DNA from: an uncultured bacterium
GTDB lineage: Bacteria > Omnitrophota > Omnitrophia > Omnitrophales > Abzuiibacteriaceae
DNA: 64,000 nt
Assembly: GCA_964387845.1 (NCBI GenBank)
Contig: CAYLXA010000001.1
Coordinates: 290,627-354,626, forward strand
Reading direction: 5' to 3'
Shown: positions 41,333 to 49,576 of the stretch, in pieces
Layout: the number at the start of each line of letters is the position of its first letter
How positions within the stretch are numbered: position 1 is the stretch's first letter
Program-made: the position numbers and the translations under genes
The notes under the pieces: generated by a model
Told to the model about the DNA's origin: nothing
Database searches by the model: none
What the model saw: the letters and a program-made list of their open reading frames with translations, nothing else

Positions 41333-42226
41333 TTATTTCTTTACCAGAATACCCGCTTCCTCAAGACGTTTCTGCATTGTATTGCCGATTTCGGCCGGGC
41401 TGTCTGCAACCGGAATTCCGAGTCCGCGCAACGTCTTGATTTTGTCAGCCGCAGTGCCGCTTCCTCCTGAAATAATAGCACCTGCGTGGCCCATCCGCTT
41501 TCCGGGCGGTGCCGTTTGACCGGCTATAAAGGCAACGACCGGTTTTTTCATCTTTTTATTAATAAATTCTGCGGCCTTCTCCTCCGCCTCACCGCCGATT
41601 TCACCGATCATGAGCACGGCCTGCGTGCCGGGATCTTTCTCGAAAAGTTCGAGGCAATCAATAAAATTGGTTCCCAAAACAGGGTCTCCGCCGATTCCGA
41701 TACAAGTCGATTGCCCAATACCGAGATTCGTGAGCTGCCAAACTGCTTCATAAGTGAGCGTTCCGCTGCGCGAAACAACGCCGACAGCCCCGGCTTTATG
41801 AATATAGCCCGGCATAATGCCGATTTTGCAAGCACCCGGCGTGATGACACCCGGACAATTCGGTCCGATTAAACGTACAGGCTTGCCCGCGAGTTTCTTT
41901 TTGACTTCGATCATATCTAATGTCGGAATGCCTTCTGTGATACACACCACAAGGCGAATTCCGCCGTCGGCAGCTTCTAAAATCGCGTCTTTGGCAAATT
42001 TTGCGGGAACATAAATAACACTCGCATCGGCTTTGGTGGCTTGAACGGCGTCTTTGACGGAATTAAAAACAGGAATTTCATCAACCTTCTGGCCGCCTTT
42101 TCCGGGCGTGACGCCGCCGACAACTTTGGTGCCGTATTCCACCATCTGCTTAGCATGAAACGCGCCGTGCGTACCGGTAATGCCCTGCACAATCACGCGC
42201 GTTTCGGAATTGACTAAAATAGACAT
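41333..42226 (-). CDS. sucD: Succinyl-CoA synthetase alpha subunit
   Basis: [45 protein letters not shown], and the catalytic His region SRSGTLTYE. Confidence 0.9.
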   Translation of the reverse strand: MSILVNSETRVIVQGITGTHGAFHAKQMVEYGTKVVGGVTPGKGGQKVDEIPVFNSVKDAVQATKADASVIYVPAKFAKDAILEAADGGIRLVVCITEGIPTLDMIEVKKKLAGKPVRLIGPNCPGVITPGACKIGIMPGYIHKAGAVGVVSRSGTLTYEAVWQLTNLGIGQSTCIGIGGDPVLGTNFIDCLELFEKDPGTQAVLMIGEIGGEAEEKAAEFINKKMKKPVVAFIAGQTAPPGKRMGHAGAIISGGSGTAADKIKTLRGLGIPVADSPAEIGNTMQKRLEEAGILVKK

Positions 42227-43395
42227 TACTTCTTCCCTTGTGACGCCGCGACCACTTTTTTGGCAGCGTCCGTTAAATTTTCTGCGAGTGAAATATTGAG
42301 GCCCGAGCTCTTTAAAATCGCGAGGCCTTCTTTAACATTGGTGCCTTCGAGGCGAACGACAAGCGGCACTTTGATCTGCACTTGCTTCGCCGCAGCCACG
42401 ATTCCTTGCGCCACCACATCGCATTTCATGATCCCGCCAAAAATATTGACCAAAATGGCTTTTACATTCGGGTCCTGCAGGATGATTTTAAAAGCGGCCG
42501 ATACTTTATCAACGCTCGCGCCGCCGCCCACGTCTAAAAAATTTGCCGGCTCTCCGCCGTGCAGCTTGATAAGATCCATCGTCGCCATCGCAAGCCCGGC
42601 GCCGTTCACCATGCAGCCGATATTGCCGTCGAGGCCGACATAACTAAGATCAAATTTTTTAGCTTCCACTTCCCGTGCATCTTCTTGAGATGTGTCGCGC
42701 ATTTCGGCAATTTCCGGATGCCGGAAAAGCGCATTATCATCGAAAACTGCTTTCGAATCGACGATAAACACATCGCCGCTTTCTAAAACGCCGAGCGGAT
42801 TAATTTCCAGAAGAGAAATGTCCTTTTTAACAAACACCTGCGACAAAACCGAAATGATTTTGGCGATCTGCTTTTTCTGTGCTTCCGTTAGAGATGCTTT
42901 TTGAATCAGCTTCAAAGCATCGGCTTCCTTAACACCCGCCGCCGGATCAAAATGAAGCTTCATGATTTTATCCGGATGCGTTTTGGCGACTTCTTCTATG
43001 TCCATACCGCCCATTTCCGAAAAAACCACACACGGAAGTTCTTTTTCGCGATCCATCACGGCCGCCAAATAAAGTTCTTTTTTAAGAATACTCGCAGATT
43101 CTAATAATACAGAATTGATTGGCTGGCCCTTTCCGGCAGTCTGATATGTCACCAGCGATTTTCCGATAAGAGACTGGGAAAACTCGAAAGCTTCTTTCAC
43201 AGTCTTCACGATTTTAACGCCGCCGGCTTTTCCGCGGCCGCCGGCATGGACTTGGGCCTTCACAACCAGCGGCAATTTGCCGATCGCGGCAATGTCGTTT
43301 TCCGACAAAGTGTCTTTGGTAAACACTTTCCCGGTCGGGACCGGAAGCCCTTCGGCTCTAAAAATTTCTTTGGCTTGATATTCGTGTACTTTCAT
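42226..43395 (-). CDS. sucC: Succinyl-CoA synthetase beta subunit
   Basis: [25 protein letters not shown]-grasp N-terminus. Overlaps the sucD start. Confidence 0.9.
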   Translation of the reverse strand: MKVHEYQAKEIFRAEGLPVPTGKVFTKDTLSENDIAAIGKLPLVVKAQVHAGGRGKAGGVKIVKTVKEAFEFSQSLIGKSLVTYQTAGKGQPINSVLLESASILKKELYLAAVMDREKELPCVVFSEMGGMDIEEVAKTHPDKIMKLHFDPAAGVKEADALKLIQKASLTEAQKKQIAKIISVLSQVFVKKDISLLEINPLGVLESGDVFIVDSKAVFDDNALFRHPEIAEMRDTSQEDAREVEAKKFDLSYVGLDGNIGCMVNGAGLAMATMDLIKLHGGEPANFLDVGGGASVDKVSAAFKIILQDPNVKAILVNIFGGIMKCDVVAQGIVAAAKQVQIKVPLVVRLEGTNVKEGLAILKSSGLNISLAENLTDAAKKVVAASQGKK

Positions 43396-43478
43396 TTTTT
43401 ATCCAGTGTTAAGTTGTAAGTGATAAGTTTTAAGTTATTCAATTACTTACCACTTATAACTTATCACTTACCACTATG
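43396..43478. repeat. Heptad-repeat palindrome, copy 2, beginning right after the sucC ATG (in its 5' leader)
   Basis: GTTAAGT TGTAAGT GATAAGT TTTAAGT ... ACTTACC ACTTATA ACTTATC ACTTACC. Confidence 0.55.
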
Positions 43479-43994
43479 TTACAAACTTACAAAACGTCCC
43501 CGCGCGTGTTCCGCTGCAAGCTGAGCGTACCGCTTGGCCCATTCGATCTGGCCTTTGACTTCTTTCTTGGTCAATTTCCGCTTAAATTTAGCCGGCATTC
43601 CAAGATATAAACTCTCAGGTTTTACCTTCATCCCTTCCGTCACAAGCGCTCCGGCGCCCACGAGTGCGCCTTCGCCAATCACCGCGTCATTTAAAATAAT
43701 CGCGCCCATTCCGATCAAGGCGCCCGATTTTACCGTACACGCATGCAAAATCACATTGTGCCCAACCACGCAATAATCACCCACGTAACAGCCGCGCTCG
43801 CGCTCTAAATGTACGAGCGAGAGATCCTGAATGTTTGTGTATTTACCGATCACAATTTCATTAATGTCGCCGCGCAGCACCACGCCGGGCCAGATATTGG
43901 CATAATCCTTGAGCGTCACGCGCCCGATCACTTGCGCAGACGGATGAACCCAGACATTCTTCCCGAGTTTCGGCTTATAAGTAAAAGTCGTCAT
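43479..43994 (-). CDS. Gamma-carbonic-anhydrase-like / hexapeptide-repeat (LbH) family protein
   Basis: MTTFTYKPKLGKNVWVHPSAQVIGRVTLKDYANIWPGVVLRGDINEIVIGKYTNIQDLSLVH. Start trimmed to the Met at 43994. Confidence 0.65.
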   Translation of the reverse strand: MTTFTYKPKLGKNVWVHPSAQVIGRVTLKDYANIWPGVVLRGDINEIVIGKYTNIQDLSLVHLERERGCYVGDYCVVGHNVILHACTVKSGALIGMGAIILNDAVIGEGALVGAGALVTEGMKVKPESLYLGMPAKFKRKLTKKEVKGQIEWAKRYAQLAAEHARGRFVSL

Positions 43995-44074
43995 TGCGAG
44001 ACATAGTGATTGGTGTCGAAGCAATCTACGTTCTGAGATTGCTTCGGCGAAGTTTTCAAAGCGCCTCGCAATGA
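43991..44074. repeat. Repeat family 2, copy 2, with internal hairpin GTCGAAGCAATC..GATTGCTTCGGC and outer TCATTGCGAG/CTCGCAATGA arms
   Basis: Intergenic between sdhB and the LbH gene. See copy 1 at 36477. Confidence 0.5.
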
Positions 44075-44085
44075 CGGTATTTGCA

Positions 44086-44835
44086 TTATTTCTTCAAAAA
44101 ATCCAATAGATTGACCGTGATCTGGCGGTTGACTTCGGCAATCGAAGTGACGAGCGGAATCTGCTTTGGGCAGGCCTTCACACAATTCTGCGCATTCCCA
44201 CAATCTTCAATGCCGCCTTTTTCCATCAAAGCTTCTAAACGTTCTTTTTTCAGCACGGCGCCGGTCGGATGCGCATTGAACAGCCTGACTTGGCTGATCA
44301 CGGCAGCACCGACAAAATCCGAGCGGTCGTTAATCTGCGGACAAACTTCCATGCAGCAGCCGCAGGCAATACAGCGCGACAGTTCATAATTTTCGAGCGC
44401 TTGCTCGGGCTGAATCCGGGGCCCCGGCCCAAGCGCATAAGTTCCGTCAATCGGAACCCAGGTTTTTGTGCGTTTCAAACTTTTAAAAATGCGGCTTCGG
44501 TCGACCGCCAAATCACGCACGACCGGGAATTTGGTCATCGGTTCAATTGTGATTTCATCGCCCAAATGATCGACGAGCGTTGAGCACGCCTGCCTGACTT
44601 TTCCGTTAATCACCATCGTGCACGTGCCGCACACTTCTTCAAGGCAGCTGGCTTCCCAGGTAATGACCGATGTTGCGCGGCCGTCAAAAGTTTTTGGATT
44701 TTTACGCAGATCCTGGAGGCACGTGATGATATTCATGTACGGGCGGTACTTGATTTTATACTCTTCCCAATACGGTTTCGTATTCGGCCCGTCCTGGCGC
44801 TTGATTTTGATTTTAATCGAATCAAATTTTGCCAT
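44086..44835 (-). CDS. sdhB: Succinate dehydrogenase / fumarate reductase iron-sulfur subunit
   Basis: 2Fe-2S CxxxxCxxC..C (CLEEVCGTCTMVINGKVRQAC) and 4Fe-4S CIACGCCMEVCPQ plus CGNAQNCVKACP clusters. Confidence 0.85.
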   Translation of the reverse strand: MAKFDSIKIKIKRQDGPNTKPYWEEYKIKYRPYMNIITCLQDLRKNPKTFDGRATSVITWEASCLEEVCGTCTMVINGKVRQACSTLVDHLGDEITIEPMTKFPVVRDLAVDRSRIFKSLKRTKTWVPIDGTYALGPGPRIQPEQALENYELSRCIACGCCMEVCPQINDRSDFVGAAVISQVRLFNAHPTGAVLKKERLEALMEKGGIEDCGNAQNCVKACPKQIPLVTSIAEVNRQITVNLLDFLKK

Positions 44836-46574
44836 TAATATTTCCGCTCTCGCGGCTCATAAAGTGATGTGTCTACTTTTTCGTAACTTAATTCCGGAGC
44901 GTCCAGTTTATATTTTGCGATCGTGGTCTTGAGAAAATCTTTGTCGTTCCGGTCCGGAAATTCCGGCTTGTAATGCGCGCCGCGGCTTTCATTGCGCTTT
45001 AAAGCGCCGATCGTGATCACGCGCGCAAGCTGAAGCATGTTGATCAGTTCCCGTGTAAACACAAGCGGCTGATTGGCCCAGTTTGACATGTCATGAATAT
45101 TAACGTCATTTGTACGCTCAATCAGTTCAACTAATTTTTTATCCGTTTCCTCAAGCGTTTTGTTGACCCGGACAACCGTCACATTATCCGTCATCACCTT
45201 TGCCATTTCTTCCCACAGCTGGTAAGGATTTTCTTTGCCGCGCGAGCGCATGACTTTTTCATTTAAATCTTTTTGCCTACTGACTTCCTCATCAAAAATT
45301 TTCTGGCTCGACGATTCAGAACTTTGCTCGAGCCCGCCCACATATTTCACAGCTGTTGTGGCCGCCACCGCGCCGCCATAAATGCACGACAACAAGGAAT
45401 TTGCTCCGAGCCGGTTAGCGCCGTGATATTGATAATCGCACTCACCCGCCGCCAAAATACCTTTTACGTTTGTCATGTGCTCGTCGTCGATATACATGCC
45501 GCCCATCGTGTAATGAACTGAGGGAAACACGCGCATCGGAACTTTGCGCGGATCGTCACCGACAAATTTTTCATAAATTTCAATCACGCCGCCCAGTTTC
45601 GCTTCCAATGATTTGCGATCGAGATGCGAAATATCGAGATAGACGACATCTTTTCCGTCTAATCCGAGTTTCTGCTCACGGCAAACTTTGAAAATGGCGC
45701 GGCTTGCAATGTCGCGCGGCACGAGATTGCCGTATTTGGGATACATTTCTTCGAGAAAATACCAGGGTTTTCCATTTTTATAAGTCCACACGCGCCCGCC
45801 TTCGCCGCGGATCGCCTCCGACATCAACCGGTTTTTATCTTCACCCGGAATCGCGGTCGGATGAACTTGAATGAATTCGCCGTTTGCGTACCAAACACCT
45901 TGCTCAAAGAGCGCGCCCGCCGCGGAACCTGTGCAGATTGTAGAGTTGGTGCTGCGCCCATAAATCATCCCCACGCCGCCCGTGGCCATCACAACCGCAT
46001 CCGCGCGGAAAGCTTTGAGTTCGAGTGAAGCGAGATTGATCGCCGTAATTCCGCGCGCTACTTTTTGATCATCCAGAACAGCCGATAGAAATTCCCAGCC
46101 TTCATAGCGCGTGATAAGTCCGTCGGATTCAAAACGGCGGGTTTGTTCGTCGAGCGCGTAAAGCAGCTGTTGTCCTGTGGTGGCGCCTGCAAAAGCCGTC
46201 CGGTGAAACCGTGTGCCGCCGAAACGGCGGAAATCCAGCATGCCTTCGGCCGTCCGGTTAAACGGAACACCCATCCGGTCAAACATGTGAACAATGCCGG
46301 GCGCTGCTTCGCACATGCCGAGCACAAGTTTTTGGTTTGCCAAAAAGTCGCCGCCGAAAATGGTTTCCTCAAAATGAATGCGCGGCGAGTCGCCTTCACC
46401 TTTTGTATTGATAGAAGCATTGATGCCGCCTTGCGCGCATACAGAATGCGATCTTCGGCACGGAATAATGGAAAAAATATCAACCGCGAGGCCTTGCTCG
46501 GCCAGCTTTACGGCCGTCATCAGTCCCGCAAGACCGCCGCCAACTACGATGTATTTACCTTTCGCAACGCCCAT
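44835..46574 (-). CDS. sdhA: Succinate dehydrogenase / fumarate reductase flavoprotein subunit
   Basis: FAD-binding MGVAKGKYIVVGGGLAGLMTAVKLAEQG; HYTMGG; 579 aa. Confidence 0.9.
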   Translation of the reverse strand: MGVAKGKYIVVGGGLAGLMTAVKLAEQGLAVDIFSIIPCRRSHSVCAQGGINASINTKGEGDSPRIHFEETIFGGDFLANQKLVLGMCEAAPGIVHMFDRMGVPFNRTAEGMLDFRRFGGTRFHRTAFAGATTGQQLLYALDEQTRRFESDGLITRYEGWEFLSAVLDDQKVARGITAINLASLELKAFRADAVVMATGGVGMIYGRSTNSTICTGSAAGALFEQGVWYANGEFIQVHPTAIPGEDKNRLMSEAIRGEGGRVWTYKNGKPWYFLEEMYPKYGNLVPRDIASRAIFKVCREQKLGLDGKDVVYLDISHLDRKSLEAKLGGVIEIYEKFVGDDPRKVPMRVFPSVHYTMGGMYIDDEHMTNVKGILAAGECDYQYHGANRLGANSLLSCIYGGAVAATTAVKYVGGLEQSSESSSQKIFDEEVSRQKDLNEKVMRSRGKENPYQLWEEMAKVMTDNVTVVRVNKTLEETDKKLVELIERTNDVNIHDMSNWANQPLVFTRELINMLQLARVITIGALKRNESRGAHYKPEFPDRNDKDFLKTTIAKYKLDAPELSYEKVDTSLYEPRERKY

Positions 46575-47189
46575 TTAGACTCTCACTAAGTGAATCAGCG
46601 AACTGAGGCCCATCGTGAAAACAATTACGCCAAGAAGCGCGGAAAACACGGCTGAGACTCTTTGTGATTTTGGCCCGACCGTAATGCCCCAGCTGATTGC
46701 AAATCCCCAAAGGCCGTTTGCAAAATGGAAACACACGGCAGCAAGACCAACGATGTAAAACCAAAATGTAAACGGATTCGCCATAAGTTCCTGCATCCGC
46801 GCAAAACTCACTTCCGTTCCGTAAAGCGCGTGCATAATGCGTGTTTCATAAACGTGGTACAAAATATAGGCAAACGTAATCAAGCCCGTCCAGCGCTGAA
46901 GTACATAGAGAAAATTTTTTGTGTTCGGATAAGACGACAGGTTGGATTTTCCGCTAAACCAGACGTAGAAACCGTAACCGGCATGATACAAAATCGGAAG
47001 CGCGATAAAGATGATTTCAAGTGCAACCACAAACGGCAAACTTTGCAGGAATTCGATTTTTTCGTTGTAAGCTTCCGGGCCTTGTGTAATGAAGGAATTC
47101 GTGAACATGTGCTCCAGCAAAAAAGCGCCGATCGGAAATACGCCGGAAAGCGAGTGGAGCCTTCTAAGCCAGAATGAGGATTTAGACAT
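46575..47189 (-). CDS. Succinate dehydrogenase / fumarate reductase cytochrome b membrane subunit
   Basis: 204 aa, 5 predicted TM helices with conserved His. Immediately upstream of sdhA-sdhB. Confidence 0.6.
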   Translation of the reverse strand: MSKSSFWLRRLHSLSGVFPIGAFLLEHMFTNSFITQGPEAYNEKIEFLQSLPFVVALEIIFIALPILYHAGYGFYVWFSGKSNLSSYPNTKNFLYVLQRWTGLITFAYILYHVYETRIMHALYGTEVSFARMQELMANPFTFWFYIVGLAAVCFHFANGLWGFAISWGITVGPKSQRVSAVFSALLGVIVFTMGLSSLIHLVRV

Positions 47190-47191
47190 TT

Positions 47192-47276
47192 TTCAGTCGT
47201 AAGTTGTAAGTGGTAAGTCGTAAGTTAATAAAATGGTAAGTTTTTGCTTCTTACTTACCACTTATCACTTACGACT
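47192..47276. repeat. Heptad-repeat palindrome, copy 3, between the mdh stop and the sdh cytochrome b start
   Basis: CGTAAGT TGTAAGT GGTAAGT CGTAAGT ... ACTTACC ACTTATC ACTTACG ACTTACA. Confidence 0.55.
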
Positions 47277-48205
47277 TACAACTGGAGTTTACCGATACTT
47301 TCTTTCACATGCGCAACCGACTTTTGAAGCGCTGCTTGATCAGCGGCAGAAATTTTAAGCTCGATCACTTTTCGGACGCCGCTTTTATCCAAACTCACCG
47401 GAACACCGCAATAAGTACCGGAAATTCCGTATTCACCGTTCAAAAGTACGCAGCACGGCAAAATTCGGCCTGAGTCATTCAAAATTGCTTCGACCATTGC
47501 AACTGCCGAACTTGACGGCGCATAATACGCGCTGCCTGTTTTAAGCAAATTCACAATTTCGATTCCGCCGTCGCGCGTGCGCTGATTAATTGCATCGATT
47601 CTTTCTTTCTTGATGAGCTGTGTAATCGGAACGCCGTTCACGGTCGAGAAATCAGGGACCGGAACCATCGAATCGCCGTGGCCGCCCAACACCATCGCGC
47701 GAACGTCTTTCGGTGATACTTTGAGTTCTTCGGCAATAAAATACGCATAACGCGAGGAATCCAGAACGCCCGCCATACCGATCACGCGCTTTGAATCAAA
47801 CCCTGATTTCTTCCACGCCAGATAAGCCATGACATCCAGCGGGTTTGTGACAATAACGAGAATTGCTTTTGGAGAATATTTGACAATTTCGGTGACGATA
47901 CCGCCCACGATTTCGGCGTTTTTGGCCTGCAAATCATCACGGCTCATGCCGGGCTTTCGGGCGAGGCCTGCTGTGATCACAACGACGTCAGAATCTTTTG
48001 TATCAGCGTAGGAATTGGTGCCGACGATTTTGGTATCGAATTGCTCGAATGAGGAAGATTCCATCATATCAAGCGCTTTTCCCTGCGGCATTCCTTCAAC
48101 CACATCGACTAAAACGACATCCGCCAATTCTTTTTCAAGGATTCTTTGAGCGCAAGTGGCTCCGACGAAACCTGCTCCGACTACGGTCACTTTTGAACGA
48201 TTCAT
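47276..48205 (-). CDS. mdh: Malate dehydrogenase (LDH-like, NAD-dependent)
   Basis: KVTVVGAGFVGATCA Rossmann motif; VVITAGLARKPGMSRDDL; catalytic GGHGDSMVP. Confidence 0.85.
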   Translation of the reverse strand: MNRSKVTVVGAGFVGATCAQRILEKELADVVLVDVVEGMPQGKALDMMESSSFEQFDTKIVGTNSYADTKDSDVVVITAGLARKPGMSRDDLQAKNAEIVGGIVTEIVKYSPKAILVIVTNPLDVMAYLAWKKSGFDSKRVIGMAGVLDSSRYAYFIAEELKVSPKDVRAMVLGGHGDSMVPVPDFSTVNGVPITQLIKKERIDAINQRTRDGGIEIVNLLKTGSAYYAPSSSAVAMVEAILNDSGRILPCCVLLNGEYGISGTYCGVPVSLDKSGVRKVIELKISAADQAALQKSVAHVKESIGKLQL

Positions 48206-48324
48206 ATAGACTCCAAGCTTAAAAGATGAGAAGAAACGCGTAAGCCAATATTATCTGTTATTTTGAAAAACATGCAAGAAGTTTTAGGTGTAGTAATTAC
48301 GAGAAACAAAAGCAGAAATACAAA

Positions 48325-49524
48325 TTAACGGCCGGCGGCGAGAAGTAAATATCTTTGAAGATCGATCGGGTGCTGGCTGATGAGATTGTCCCACTGGCGG
48401 TGCGCGATTTCAAACTGTGCGCGGGCATCTTTCATTTTCTGGTGCGCCATTTCGTGAAAATCGTGCGAACGTTTATCCCACTCATTGCGAATTACTTTTT
48501 GATATTCCATCGCGGCGCGCTCCCAAGTCACCAAACTGTGACGCAAATCTTCATAACGCTGCCGGAACACTTCGAAAACCGGCACCAACCCGTGATGATG
48601 CTCCGCGGTTTTTAAAAGATCGTGGGTTCTCTGATGTTCCGCCGCCAAACGCGCATGCAAAATCTGAAACCGAGAAACCGTTCTTAAATCATGCGTCAGC
48701 CCGACACGGCTTAAAAACGCGATCACCCATTTGCTCGGATCCCATTGATACCAACGAACGCCGTTGCGGTAATCCGACGGAAAACGGTGATGAAAATTGT
48801 GATAGCCTTCTCCGTAAGTCATCATCGCCACAAACCAATGGTCCTTCGCGGTTGCGTAAATATCGTACGTCGCCTTTCCGAACATGTGGCAGACAGAATT
48901 AATGCAGAACGTTGAATGATAAACAATTGTGATTCTGGCGCAAACCGCGAAAATAAACGCGCCGAGCGCGTGTCCTGTCATGGCGCCGATTGCAATGGGT
49001 AGTAAAATTCCGGATGTAAACGCCCAAAGTAAGAAATATTTGTGCTGATGCATCACGAGCTTGGATTTCTGAAGGTCTTTGACGTTATCAAAATTGTATT
49101 GGTGATGCCAGAAAATCAGCCAGCCGATGTGCGCGTAGAAAAAACCTTTTTTAATGCTGTAAGGGTCGTCATCCGTGTCCACATATTGATGATGATCGCG
49201 GTGCTGAGAAGCCCATTTGAGTGCCGATTGCTCGAAAGCGGCGGAACCAAAGAAGAGAAGTAAAAACTGAATAATCGGATTTGCTTTGTAAGTCACATGG
49301 GCGAAAAGCCGGTGATAGCCAACCGTAATGCCTAAACCGCTGACCACCATATAAAAGGCAAACAGCCAAATTTCGGGCGCTGAAATACCATACTTATAGA
49401 TGTAAATCGGTGCACCAATTAAGGTTACAAGCATCGTAATGGCGAAGAATATAATATTCTCCCAGACGTAACCCTTGGTGAGTTTGGCTTTCGGTGTCTC
49501 TTGCTTCATAGGATAAGTAGCCAT
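48325..49524 (-). CDS. Membrane fatty-acid desaturase (Delta-9 acyl-CoA/acyl-lipid desaturase-like)
   Basis: Three His boxes: HRLFAH, HRDHH, HNFHHRF. N-terminal TM helices. Confidence 0.8.
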   Translation of the reverse strand: MATYPMKQETPKAKLTKGYVWENIIFFAITMLVTLIGAPIYIYKYGISAPEIWLFAFYMVVSGLGITVGYHRLFAHVTYKANPIIQFLLLFFGSAAFEQSALKWASQHRDHHQYVDTDDDPYSIKKGFFYAHIGWLIFWHHQYNFDNVKDLQKSKLVMHQHKYFLLWAFTSGILLPIAIGAMTGHALGAFIFAVCARITIVYHSTFCINSVCHMFGKATYDIYATAKDHWFVAMMTYGEGYHNFHHRFPSDYRNGVRWYQWDPSKWVIAFLSRVGLTHDLRTVSRFQILHARLAAEHQRTHDLLKTAEHHHGLVPVFEVFRQRYEDLRHSLVTWERAAMEYQKVIRNEWDKRSHDFHEMAHQKMKDARAQFEIAHRQWDNLISQHPIDLQRYLLLAAGR

Positions 49525-49576
49525 ATTATCCAGTTTATCGGTCAGGATTGCAAGTTTTTTAGAAAAAAGACGGTTT

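Noticed and set aside
9512-47276. Heptad TAAGT palindromes as Rho-independent terminators
   Set aside because: None is followed by a T/U run on either strand. They abut start codons rather than following stops by the usual short distance.
47190-47276. GTAAGT repeats as eukaryote-like 5' splice sites or intron signal
   Set aside because: Bacterial context. They form an inverted-repeat array in an intergenic spacer. The resemblance to the splice-donor consensus is coincidental.
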